Of a stretch of 64,000 nt of DNA, positions 1 through 12,194 are shown one piece after another. The notes under the pieces were generated by a model that saw only the letters and a list, made by a program, of their open reading frames with translations, was not told where the DNA came from and ran no database searches. Position 1 is the first letter of the stretch. Each line of letters begins with the position of its first letter. The translations under genes were made by a program, and so were the position numbers. Source of the DNA: Eledone cirrhosa (lineage: Eukaryota); the NCBI GenBank assembly GCA_964016885.1, contig OZ024759.1, positions 16,740,001 through 16,804,000 of the forward strand, read 5' to 3'.

Positions 1-271
1 TATATGTATATACATATGTTTATTAATGTGTTGGTTGAACTCACAACCTTTCGATTGCAAGGCCAATGCGCTAATCACTAAGCCATGTGCCTCCACTATA
101 TATATATATAAAACAAATAAGGTGTGGTAAGATACCAGGTGGATCATAACGCACCAGAGTACTCAATACTTAGGGAAGTAGAGTGGGTAATAGGACTTTA
201 CCTATATATATATGTATATATGTATATACATATGTTTATTAATGTGTTGGTTTTTCTTAAATATTTTTCAG

Positions 272-422
272 GAGGAAAGCCACCACCAGATCACACAAGA
301 TTTGTTAGATTTCTGAGAGTTGTACCACAGGGTCTGTTCTTTAGTATGTCTGTCCTTGCTTTCTTTGGCATCTTGGCTGGCATAGTTTGTATGTCCTTCA
401 ATATTATGCACAAACACAGACG
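272..422 (+). CDS. GABBR1: GABA-B R1 exon (stalk + TM1)
   Basis: ttttcag|GAGGAAAG...CG|gtgagt; [50 protein letters not shown]. Confidence 0.9.
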
Positions 423-3400
423 GTGAGTACTCAATACCAACACACACCTATTTAGCTATGCTTTTTACTTGTTTCTTCTTGTTTCTTTTTTTTTTTTTTT
501 TTTTTTTTAAATATTTACTTCTTCAGAAGGGTGATGGATAATCAGAATTGGTAGAGTGTCAGATAAAATGCCATTGTGGTGGTATTTATTTTGTTTCTTT
601 ACATTCTGAGTTCAAATCCTGCTGAGGTCAACTTTGACTTCCATCCTTCCAAGGTCCATAATATAAAAAAAAATCAATCAAGTACTGGGATTGATTTAAC
701 CCTTTAGCATTTAAACCAGTCGTATCTGGTCAGAATTCTTTCACCTCTTTTTGTTCAAACTGGCTGTAATTGGCCACTCATACTGATGTTAAGGTATTGT
801 TCTCAAAATAAATTACATCAAAATCTCATAGATTCAATATTATGAGATATTATGTGGGGTAAAGCCTTTACCGTGAAAATACAATGGTATATATAGAGTA
901 ATATAAATACTAAAGGGTTAATCCATTTTTCCCTCCCCTCCTCTCAAATTGCTGGTTTGTGCTTAATTAAAAGCCAATATTTACTTTTTATTTTTATGTA
1001 CATTTATTGGTTTCAGTTATTAAATTTTGGCCATGCTGGATTACTACTTTGAAGAAATTTAAATTTAGTTGATCGTATGAATCCCAGTATTTATTTTTTT
1101 TAAATCTAGTCGAAATGCTAAAATACACACACACATACACACACACACATATATACACAGTCATAGATATACAGATATATAGGATGTACTCCACTACCCA
1201 TCACACTCATGATACTCGTTTGCTAAGATATACTGGGCTGTAGAGTCAGTCACTCACAGCTGAAACACACCACCTAGACTGGAGTATCGAGTCTGTCACT
1301 CATAGCTGAGATATACCCCCTAGACTGGAGTGTAGAGTCTACCACTCACAGCTGAGATATACCACCTAGACTGGAGTATCGAGTCTGTCACTCATAGCTG
1401 AGATATACCCCCAGACTGGAGTGTAGAGTCTACCACTCACAGCTCAGATATACCACCTAGACTGGGGTGTAGAGTCTGTCACTCACAGCTGAGATATACC
1501 ACCTAGACTGGGGTGAAGAGTCTACCACTCACAGCTGAGATATATCACCTAGACTGGGGTGTAGAGTCTGTCACTCCCTACCACAGCTGAGATATACCAC
1601 CTAGACTGGGGTGTAGTCTACCACTCCCTACCACAGCTGAGATATACCACCTAGACTGGGGTGTAGTCTACCACTCCCTACCACAGCTGAGATATACCAC
1701 CTAGACTGGGGTGTAGAGTCTGTCACTCACAGCTGAGATATACCACCTAGACTGGGGTGTAGTCTACCACTCCCTACCACAGCTGAGATATACCACCTAG
1801 ACTGGGGTGTAGAGTCTGTCACTCACAGCTGAGATATACCACCTAGACTGGGGTGTAGTCTACCACTCCCTACCACAGCTGAGATATACCACCTAGACTG
1901 GGGTGTAGAGTCTGTCACTCACAGCTGAGATATACCACCTAGACTGGGGTGTAGAGTCCCCCTTCTCCCCTTCTTTTTACTTTTGTTATTTAATTTCCCC
2001 CACAAAATTTATATTATAAACATTATATAATTTAATGGAAATTTGTTAAATAAAATGTCTACCTTTAATTAAAAGTTGAAAAGTATATTACCTTGCTTCT
2101 TTATTTTCAGGTTAATTATTTACTCTCATGCTGCAGTTAACAATGTGATGGTGGTCGGTTGTCAGATGTGTTTGTTTTGTATATTTCTAATCGGTATGGA
2201 TGGTCAGTTTATATCAGAAGATATTTACCCAGTGGTTTGCCAGGTAAAAATTATACTTTATCGGCCACTTCTCACTCTCTTTCATTCTATTTCCTCTTTT
2301 ATTTCTCATTCTATCTTCTGATGAAGGACTAGTCTCTGAAACGTTAAGACTCTTTCATGTGTTAAACTAATATATTTCTTCATAGTACTGTGTCATTTGC
2401 TTTGTTATTTCTGTTTAGTTTTTGTATATATATATATATATATATGTACAGGGCAATTAAAATAGACGGTAGCCATGGAGTAGGCAGACCCAGAAAAACC
2501 TGGGACGACTTGATAAATTCCGACCTCACACACTTACACCTCTCCAAGACAATGTTACTGGACCGAGATCTTTGGCGCTACGCAGTAATACAGAAGACCC
2601 GCCTTGCCTAAGTACAAAGCGAAACCAAGTCAGTAGGCACCTCTTAACAAAAATACACCCCCATCCCACTACCCCCACCCCATCCACACCACCCCTTTCG
2701 ATGTAAAGTTATGTTGGTACCACAACATCCAGTCCGAAATAAATGAGGTCGTGTAGGTGTCACGACAAAAAAACACACAGTCCACGCTGTAATGTGGCCG
2801 TGTAGGTAACACGGTAAAAACCTCCCAGTCCACACTGTAAACGTGGTTGGTGTTAGGAAGGGCATCCATCCGTAGAAAACCCGCCAGATAGTCCTGCACG
2901 AGCAAGACAACCAATCTTGCCTCAAGTGGGAAAATTCCCGTCCAAACCCATGCTAGCGTGGAAGATGGTCTAGTATATAATAAATATGCTTCTTCTCTAC
3001 TAACATATTGAGTACTTTATTTAATCCTCTGTCTATATATATATACTAGACTACTCATGCCCCAAAGGAGCACAGGTGGTCTAGTATATAATAAATACAC
3101 CTCTTCTCTCTACTAACATATTGAGTACTTTATTTAACTGTGGTTAGTTCCTGAATCATTTGGTTTTTACTACACTGATATTTTATTCACTTTAAATATG
3201 TTAGTATGATCATGTTTTTAATTTCTATCTTAGTCTTGTATTAGTTATAAATATATGTGAGCTAATTATAATTATATGCATGTACAATATCCCAAAACTG
3301 TAGTGGAAGCTCTGTAAATCTAATATCTTTTTTTCAGATTCGTGCATGGCTGCTCACCATTGGCTTCACTCTTGGATACGGCTCAATGTTTTCCAAGATC

Positions 3401-4741
3401 TGGACTGTCCATCGTTTGGCTACAACTCGGAAAAAAGAAAGGAAGGTAATAATGTATATAAAGTGACTTTTTTTTTTTTATTATCTTTTTTATTTCACTT
3501 ACTTCACCTTTTTTGTAATGACTCAGCCAAAACAGCTCTGGGTTTTTTTTTTAACAAAAAGTCCGAAGCCTATTTGACCCCAGAGGCTCATCAGGCCAGT
3601 GCTTACCCCAGTTTCCATGACATTAAGTGACTGAGAGTACAAGACTTCCTCCTGGACAGAACACCAGTCCATCCAGGGTTAAACCCCGCAGCTATTGCTG
3701 GTACTCGTTTTCAGCTGAGTATACTGGAGCAACGTGAAATGAAGTGTTTTGCTCAAGAACACAACCCACAACCTAGTCTGGGAATTGAACCCATGACATG
3801 ATGATTGTAAGTCCAACACCCTTACCACTAGGCCACACACGTCCAAAACCACCCATTTAACCCTTTAGCATTTATAGAGTACTATATTTACTATTGTATT
3901 TTCACAGTAAAAGCTTTATCTCACATAATTATCTTTCATAATCTCGAATTGCTGAGATTTTGGTATTATTTATTTTGAGAACAAGACCTTAACATCACTA
4001 TGAGTGGCCAGTTATGGCTTGTTTGAACTGAAAGAAGTGAGAAAATTCTGGCTGGATATGGCCAGTTTAAATGCTAAAAAGTTAAACAAAACTACCTATT
4101 TTAAAGAGTTTAAAATTTAAAAATCTAACAACATAATTTAATAATGAAATTATTGTGTACAGTGCTCAGGTGCACTAACATAATCTTATATAAGAACCCT
4201 ATATTAACTCTTAAATGTGAAGGTTTTAGCCCTCATAGCTGAAACTATGGTAGAATTAGAGAAAAAATTCCAGACAGGGAAACAAAACCTGAAATCAAAA
4301 GGTCTCAGAGTTCTATTTAAATAAATATCTTCCAACATAATTTTATATAAGAACCATATATTAACTCTCATATGCCGAGGATTTAGCCTTCATTGCTGAA
4401 ACTGTGGCAGAATTAGAGAAAACATTTTCAGAATCAAAATACCTCAGAGTCCTCTTTAAATGGTGATGATGATGATGATTATTTTCTACTATTAATCTCA
4501 GGTTGTGCGCAAGTGGGAGCTGCTGGTGGTATTAGTCTGTTTGTTGGTTATCGACATAACCATTCTGGTTGCATGGCAGCTACTGGATCCTCTTTACCGC
4601 CATTTAGAAAAGTTTCCACCAGAGGAACCGAAACACACAAGTGAAGATATTATGTTGGAACCATATTTGGAGCATTGCAGTTCAAAAAATATGAACATTT
4701 GGTTGGGTAAGTTTATATACTCAATTTAAAATCTTGCACAG

Positions 4742-4772
<31 letters not shown>

Positions 4773-6253
4773 TTTACGTCCGCTTTTCCCTGCTTGCAAG
4801 GGTGGGACGGGAACTGATTCTGGCTTGATTTCTACAGCTGGATGCCCTTCCTAACACCAACCTCATTTACAGTGAGTGCTGGGTGCTTTTTTGCCGTGGC
4901 ACCTCCACGACCACTTTACAGTGTGGGCTGGGTGCTTTTTTGCCGTGGCACCTCCACGACCACTTTACAGTGTGGACTGGGTGCTTTTTTGCCGTGGCAC
5001 CTCCACGACCACTTTACAGTGTGGACTGGGTGCTTTTTTGCCGTGGTACCGCCACGACCACTTTGCAGTGGAATGATAGGGACCCCAGTCCCTATCATCT
5101 CATTTCTACAGCTGAGTAAACTGGAGCTATATGCAATAAAGTCTCTTGCTCAAGGAAACAACACATCACCCGGTCTGAGAATTGAACTCACAACCTTTCG
5201 ATTGCAAGGCCAATGCTCTAACCACTAAGCCATGTATAAGTTCCTGTATTTAAGGTGGCGAATTGGCAGTCGTTCCCTCTTTTTTTATTATAGTTTGATG
5301 GTTATAGACATTTTTATGGACCATGTCCAATATTCGTGGTTTTCAGTGGTAGCTAAGTATATTTTATGTTTATACCATGTCTTATTTGTATAGGTAAGTA
5401 TATCTTACCCGTATGTTTTGTGGAGATATGTATACTTTCTTGTACGTATATATGCTTGTATTTGTTATAGGTGTATATATTATATTATATATACTGGTAT
5501 ATGTGTATATGGTTATGTGTATATGTGTATTTTGTGTTTGTGTGCATATGCGTGTTTGCACGTATATAAGGTGTGTATATGCGTACATTGTGTTTTGGTT
5601 AATGTACGTTTGGTGAACATATGTATATTTACTTGTAGGTATGTGTGTGCATGCGTTATATACGTATTTATGTGTATATATTTATATACGTGTAAATAAT
5701 TATATGTATATACATACACACACACACATATATATAAATTTTTTTATGTGTATTTGGTGTATACGTTTGTATGTGTGCGGGTACAGGTGTCGTGCGGATT
5801 TATGTATGTGTGCGCGTGTTTATGTGTACGTGCATGTATATGCATGCATGGTGGGTGTTTTCGTGTATGCACGTGTTTTGATGCGTGTATGTATATATTT
5901 AATTATTTGATTTTAATAACCTCTGTCATTGTCGTTCTACTAATTTATTTACATTATCCTTAACCCTGAAGCCGAAAATCATTCGGTTTCCTATATAGAA
6001 TAAACGTGCTTTTGTCTTTGGGTGTGATTGTTCTCATCGCTCCACATAACAACGTTTTATCTTCGCTTTTTTTCCGTTCATTGCCAGGGAACGTCTTCAC
6101 GAACTAAAGTATCGTCTTCCTGTTTTCCTTCGGTTGCAACGTTTTTTTAAATATTTACTTCTGCATTCACAGATTGATTTTTTTTTAGTTTCAGAAGATC
6201 CCGTTAAGGGTGAAAGCAGCGATTCTTTGCTTAAACTTTAATCTGTTATTTTA

Positions 6254-6318
<65 letters not shown>

Positions 6319-7036
6319 GTAGGTATCATGACAAAAAGTAACCAACACACACTGTAAATGTGGTTGGCGTTAGGAAGGGCATCCAGCCATAGAAAACCTG
6401 CACCAAAACACCCAGACCACACTGTAAAGTGGACGTGTAAAAGACATGGCAAAAAGCACACAGCACACACTGTCAATGTGGTTGGCGTTAGGAAGGGCAT
6501 CCAGCCATAGAAAACCTGCACCAAAACACCCAGACCACACTGTAAAGTGGACGTGTAAAAGACATGGCAAAAAGCACACAGCACACACTGTCAATGTGGT
6601 TGGCGTTAGGAAGGGCATCCAGCTGTAGAAAACCAGCCAGAAACTCTCCCATATGAGTGAGACATGGTCACCTGACCCAACTTGGGACAAACCAATCTAA
6701 CCCATGCTAGCGTGGAAGATAGGCATTAATTGACGATGATGATGATGATGATGATACAGACATGCATGTAACAACCACTTTGTGGTAGATTTGTTTGGGA
6801 AATGGTAATTTGATACTTTCTCCCTATTGATCTCTCTACGGTAATAAGGAAAGAGGATGTTAAATGACGATGATGATAATGTTTTTTTTTCTTTCTACTA
6901 GGTATAATGTTTGGTTATAAAGGTGTTCTCCTTATATTTGGCTTATTTTTGGCCTATGAAACTCGTAGTGTAAAGCTGAAGCAAGTCAACGATTCCCGAT
7001 TTGTTGGTATGAGCATCTACAATGTGGTTGTAAGTA

Positions 7037-7068
<32 letters not shown>

Positions 7069-7685
7069 TATGTAAAGACTCATGGCTTAGTGGTTAGAGA
7101 ATCGGGCTTACAATTGTGAGGTTGTGAGTTCGATTCTTGGACCAGGCTTTGTGTTGTGTTCTTAAGCAAGACACTTTATTTCATATTGCTCCAGTTCACA
7201 GCTGGCTTGAACAGAATGAGGTGAGAGAATTCTGGCTGGATATGGCTTGTTTAAATGCTTATGGCTTAACCCTTTAGTATTTACATTACTCTATATTTAC
7301 TATTATATTTTCATGGTAAAGGCCTTACCTCACATAATTATCTCACATAATATCGAATCTATGAGATTTTGATATTATTTATTTTTAGAACAATACCTTA
7401 ACATTGGTATGAGCAGTGGGTTACAGCCAGTTTGAAAAGAAAGAGGTGAGAAAATTCTGGCTGGATACAGCTGGTTTAAATGCCAAAGGGTTAAATTATG
7501 ATTTTGTTTTTTTCTTTCACAGGTACTTTGTGTTATCACTGCTCCAATCACTTTGATCATAAACAGTCAACAAGATGCTACATTTGCATTTGTATCTCTT
7601 GCCATTGTTATGTGTAGTTTCCTCTCCATGGGACTTATATTTGGACCAAAGGTATGTATGTTACCAGATATTTAACATATATACT

Positions 7686-7750
<65 letters not shown>

Positions 7751-10215
7751 CATAGTTTTGTAACTTGTTTGAAGCATTGTTGAATGGGAAACACAAATTA
7801 AAATAATTTTGAAAACCAAACAATGCATTAGAAAGAAAATTAAATTGCTAAGATAACAAAAGAATCTTACTTTAGCAAATTTAATGAAACCATTAAATTT
7901 GCTAAGGTAAGATTCTTTTGTTATCTTAACGATTTAATTTTCTTTCTAATGCATTGTTTGGTTTTCAAAATTATTTAAATCTGTGTTTCATATACATAGT
8001 GAAAAGAAGTGTGGACATTATAAAACGTTCTATACAGCTCACATTATATAAGGAAAATGATAATAAGAAAAAGATCTTTATAACATATTTAAGAAAGTGA
8101 TGTTTGTGAAGCTTGCTTTCTCCATTTTTAGATTTTCGAAACATTTCTTTTTAGATTAAATTGTCCGTTCGTTCAGACTCCTGCATGGTATTTTACATAA
8201 TTTTATGTAAAAGCTTTTAAGTTATGATCCAAACACCAGCTTAATAATGAGAAAGTTAATTATATTATTCATATAAAAATGAGAAAACTCATTGCTAGAA
8301 CAGCTGTTAAAATGGCCAAATGCTGTCAAAGACAATGATGGGCAAAAGTGCCTCAGAGGACAGAGACCAGCAGCCAGTGATCAGCAGAGACAATTGATGA
8401 GGTGGGTGACAGACAGATGAAACACAGAAATGGTTGAAAGAGGAGGATGACAAGAAGTGTGTTGGTGCATAGAAGTGACAGGAAGAAGGAAATTATATTA
8501 GTAAATCCTCCAAATTTTTGATTAAAGAAAATATATGTATGAAAATTGTAGTCAGTGTATTTCATTAGAAATATGGTAACAAAAGTTTAAAGTGCCTTTA
8601 AAATAATCTTATGCAAGACCCTTTGTTAAGTTATGATCCAAACACTGATTTAATAATTAGAAAGTTAATTATATTAGTAAATCCCTCCAAATTTTTTATT
8701 AAAGAAAAAAATATGTATGAAAATTGTAGTCAGTGTATTTCATTAGAAATATGGTATCAAAAGTTTTTAAAATCTTCCATAATAATTTTATGTAAGAACC
8801 TTTGTTAAGTTATGCTCCAAATATGGCAACAAAAGGTGAAAGTTTCAACTAAGGTTTCATTGTCTTTATATTTTTCTTTATAGATTATGGATGTTTTGAA
8901 TAATCCTCATCAGGAAGGAATGGAAATCCGAGCATTAACAGATTCTCTGGCAAGTCGGGAAGAAGAGGAACGCTATCAACGTCTTTTAGCCGAGAATGAA
9001 GAAATAAAGAAGGCTATTGCTCAAGTAAGAAGGATTTCATTAAAAAAAAAAATTATATATCACAGAATTTATAGTTAAAAACACAAAATACCTTTGTTTT
9101 AAGATTGCAGACAATTTCCAGTAAATTCCATGAATGCAAATAACTATATACAGTAAAATTCCGTTATAATGAAATTCACGGGGTATAAAAAGAAATTTGT
9201 TGTAACGAAAAATTCTTTATAACGAGATCGACCTAACACATCGAGCTTGTGGCCGAGGATTGAAAAAATTTGTTATAATGGTATTCATTATCACGGAATT
9301 TTACCTGTATTAAATGTTGTTCCTGACACCAACCCTTTTAGTTACTTTTTACAACACACAGTGATACAGTGTACCTATTCTAAACCAGATATACATATTA
9401 AATATAAGTTCATTAATATTGTGACTGCGATGAATTTGTTTTGCAAAGTTTTTTATATGAAATTGTGTGTTAAAACAAATATTGTTATATTTGGGGAGGG
9501 TCATGTTGTTATAATATTGCCAGAAATGTTTAATAAAACACACTCACTGTTTGGATTGATTTGGGTTGGTCAATCAATGATGAACATTGATTACCAGCTG
9601 AATTAATTATAGAAATATAAAATATACTGAAGCAAAAACCAAACCAAACCAAACAGTGAGTGTGTTTTACTATATATTTCTGGCAATATTATAACAACAC
9701 TTGCATGGGTTGCACATATATTTGTTATATGATAAAAAAAAAAATGTTAGTAAATGAACGGAACTATATAAAATATAAAAAAAAAAATATATGACATAAT
9801 TATAGAAATTTTTTAAATCACTTTTTTTTTGTTTTAATTTCAGAAAGAGGACAGACTGAAAGATTTAAATGAAAGAGTTAAGAAGGCTCAACAGCAGATG
9901 TTAACAATGAAAAAAGAAAATTATGTCTCTCCTCCTTTGACCGATGCCACTAACAACAGCATTGCATGTACCACTACAATGAATTCACTGAATAATATAA
10001 ATCTGCCATTACAGAATATTACTATGAATAATATGAGTGGCCCACTGCAATCAAAATCTGATTTAACGTCTGCCAGTTTTCAAAATGGCCAGAAATCAGG
10101 ACAGATTATTGTTGATCTCAATACTGAAGCTGGTTTAACTTCAGTCCCCAATTCAGTTCTTACAAATAGTCCTAACAACAAGACAAACCCTTCTGATCTT
10201 GATCCATTTTGCTGA
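272..10215 (+). CDS. GABBR1: GABA-B receptor subunit 1-like class C GPCR, 3' part (8 coding exons; 5' end upstream of window)
   Basis: Exons 272-422, 2111-2243, 3338-3445, 4502-4706, 6902-7029, 7523-7651, 8884-9024 and 9844-10215 join in frame over GT-AG introns. Motifs include [44 protein letters not shown] and the R1-type coiled coil [27 protein letters not shown]. Confidence 0.93.
696..921. mobile_element. TTAA-flanked ~220-bp MITE (piggyBac-like CCCT...AGGG ends)
   Basis: TTAA-CCCTTTAGCATTT ... AAATACTAAAGGG-TTAA. Related copies at about 3857-4085, 7266-7494, 13990-14192, 16175-16391, 36596-36790, 41343-41546, 47365-47793, 53886-54082, 54504-54716 and 63740 to the window end. Confidence 0.85.
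1248..1958. repeat. Minisatellite, 46-52-bp unit, ~15 copies
   Basis: cacagctgagatataccacctagactggggtgtagagtctgtcact and variants. Confidence 0.95.
2111..2243 (+). CDS. GABBR1: GABA-B R1 exon (TM2)
   Basis: ttttcag|G...CAG|gtaaaa; [44 protein letters not shown]. Confidence 0.9.
2314..2349 (+). ncRNA. Candidate minimal type I hammerhead ribozyme motif (Penelope-like element terminus)
   Basis: TCTT-CTGATGA-AGGACTAGTCTCT-GAAACGTT-AAGA: both core boxes, a 4-bp helix I and a palindromic ACGT helix III. Confidence 0.45.
2450..2612 (+). mobile_element. RTE-clade LINE 3' fragment
   Basis: Encodes [17 protein letters not shown]...DRDLWRYAV, typical of the RTE ORF C-terminus. Confidence 0.8.
3338..3445 (+). 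CDS. GABBR1: GABA-B R1 exon (TM3)
   Basis: [36 protein letters not shown]; canonical splice sites. Confidence 0.92.
3568..3838 (-). mobile_element. tRNA-derived SINE with CORE-like segment
   Basis: Minus strand reads tggcctagtggtaag (A box), ggttcaattcc (B box), ttcttgagcaaaacacttcatttc; relatives at ~32260-32525 (-) and ~57185-57460 (+). Confidence 0.8.
4502..4706 (+). CDS. GABBR1: GABA-B R1 exon (TM4, ECL2)
   Basis: [31 protein letters not shown]...[17 protein letters not shown]; donor gtaagt. Confidence 0.92.
4745..5236 (-). mobile_element. Full-length tRNA-derived SINE with RTE-type tail and internal 49-bp tandem expansion
   Basis: Reverse complement of the 61989-62326 element, with (CAT)n at 4745 and ~4 internal units. 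Confidence 0.85.
6902..7029 (+). CDS. GABBR1: GABA-B R1 exon (TM5, ICL3)
   Basis: [43 protein letters not shown]; donor gtaagt. Confidence 0.94.
7523..7651 (+). CDS. GABBR1: GABA-B R1 exon (TM6-TM7)
   Basis: [43 protein letters not shown]; donor gtatgt. Confidence 0.93.
7788..7989. repeat. Near-perfect inverted repeat (99-bp arms, 4-nt loop)
   Basis: Arms 7788-7886 and 7891-7989 are reverse complements with 5 differences. Confidence 0.95.
8884..9024 (+). CDS. GABBR1: GABA-B R1 exon (cytoplasmic tail, start of coiled coil)
   Basis: [47 protein letters not shown]; donor gtaaga. Confidence 0.9.
9149..9309. mobile_element. Tc1/mariner-pogo type MITE
   Basis: TA-CAGTAAAATTCCGTTATAATGAA ... TTCATTATCACGGAATTTTACCTG-TA. 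Confidence 0.75.
9504..9699. repeat. Inverted repeat with ~65-bp arms (foldback MITE-like)
   Basis: tgttgttataatattgccagaaat...cactgtttgg / ccaaacagtg...atttctggcaatattataacaaca; the left flank resembles the 62703-62937 TIR. Confidence 0.8.
9844..10215 (+). CDS. GABBR1: GABA-B R1 terminal coding exon
   Basis: tttcag|AAA GAG GAC; [22 protein letters not shown]...[11 protein letters not shown]. Confidence 0.87.
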   Translation, partial: KEDRLKDLNERVKKAQQQMLTMKKENYVSPPLTDATNNSIACTTTMNSLNNINLPLQNITMNNMSGPLQSKSDLTSASFQNGQKSGQIIVDLNTEAGLTSVPNSVLTNSPNNKTNPSDLDPFC

Positions 10216-10217
10216 CT

Positions 10218-10300
10218 TATATATATAATATAATATATATATATATATATTATATTATATTATATACATATATATTTATATTTAATATTTATATACATAT

Positions 10301-10367
<67 letters not shown>

Positions 10368-10936
10368 CATATATGCACATATATATATACATGTATATGT
10401 ATATATACATGTATATGTATATATATATATGTGTGTGTGTGTGTATGTAATATAACAGAAATTTAATAATATAATATATATATATATATTATATTATATA
10501 CATATATATTTATATTTAATATTTATATACATATATACATATATATATATATATGCACATATATATATACATATATATACATGCATATATATATATATAT
10601 ATGTGTGTGTGTGCGTGTGTGTATGTAATATAACAGAAATTTAGATGGAAATTCAATAATTTCGATTTTGTTGTACCATATCAGCTCAAAGAAATTAGGT
10701 GCGGTAAAACACCATTTATATATATATATATATATATATAAACAAGTTTTTCCATTGGCCGGAAAACGTTGACTTAATACCAGCGACCTTCGTTACCTTT
10801 ATAATGTATATATATATATGTATATATATATGTATAAAATATATATATATATATATGTATGTATAAAATATATATATATATGTATATGTATAAAATGTAT
10901 ATGTATAAAATATATATATATATGTATATGTATAAA

Positions 10937-10982
<46 letters not shown>

Positions 10983-11541
10983 GTATAAAATGTATATGTA
11001 TAAAATATATATATATATGTATATATGTATATGTATAAAATATATATATGTATATATATATATGTATATATGTATATGTATAAAATATGTATATGTATAA
11101 AATATGTATATGTATAAAATATATATATGTATATATATATATGTATATATGTATATGTATAAAATATGTATATGTATAAAATATGTATATGTATAAAATA
11201 TATATATGTATATATATATATATATATATATGTGTATATGTATATATGTATATATGTATATGTATATATGTATATGTATAAAATATATATATGTATATGT
11301 ATAAAATATATATATATATATATGTATATATGTATAAAATATATCTATATATATATGTATATATGTATAAAATATATATATATATGTATATATATATAAA
11401 ATATATCTTTCTATATATATATATATGTATAAAATATATCTTTCTATATATATATATGTATAAAATATATCTATATATATATATGTATATATGTATAAAA
11501 TATATCTATATATATATATGTATATATATATAAAATATATC

Positions 11542-11572
<31 letters not shown>

Positions 11573-11615
11573 GTATAAAATATATCTATATATCTGTATA
11601 TATATATATATATAT
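10218..11615. repeat. Compound (TA)n/(TATG)n microsatellite field directly after the GABBR1 stop
   Basis: ~1.4 kb of mostly TA, TATG and TATAAAA units, with one short unique interruption. Confidence 0.95.
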
Positions 11616-12194
11616 TGTTGGGTGGGTGGAAATAAGATATAACCGATATAAAAACAGTCTATTAGTAAAATATAAAATTTTATTTAAAATATATTTCTAA
11701 AAAAAAAAAATGATTATTAATGAATTCAATACAAGAAATTTATAATGACATACATCCTAACTTATAACGAGGTATCAATTTTTAATTTATTATGACACAT
11801 ATCACTTCTAATTCATAATGACACATATTTTATCATTTCTAATTCAAAATGGCAAATAACCTCTAATTTCTAGTTTATTATATAATAATAATGAAATGAT
11901 TGTGTACAGTGCTCAGGTGCACTACAACTCATCAAAGGTGCATGTATAGTACATAGAATAATGTACAAATGTCAGGAAAATGAACAGTGTATGAGTCATG
12001 ATATAATAATAATAACAATAATGAAATATTGTGTACAGTACCCAGGTGCACCACAACTCATCAAAAAAGTGCATGTACAGTACATAGGGCAATGCACAAA
12101 CATCAGTAAAATGAACAGTGCACGAGTCATGATACACACATGTGTGCATGTGTATGGAAGGGGTACATCAGGTGTAGTTATGACATATATGTTT

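Noticed and set aside
1-252. 36-bp direct repeat (1-36 and 217-252) around a SINE fragment as a long TSD
   Set aside because: Cut by the window edge and low-complexity, so it cannot be told apart from a simple local duplication.
11166-11700. Tyr/Ile-rich ORFs (also 5382-5963, 57843-58339) and Ser/Leu ORFs at 63250-63743
   Set aside because: Dinucleotide microsatellite translations.
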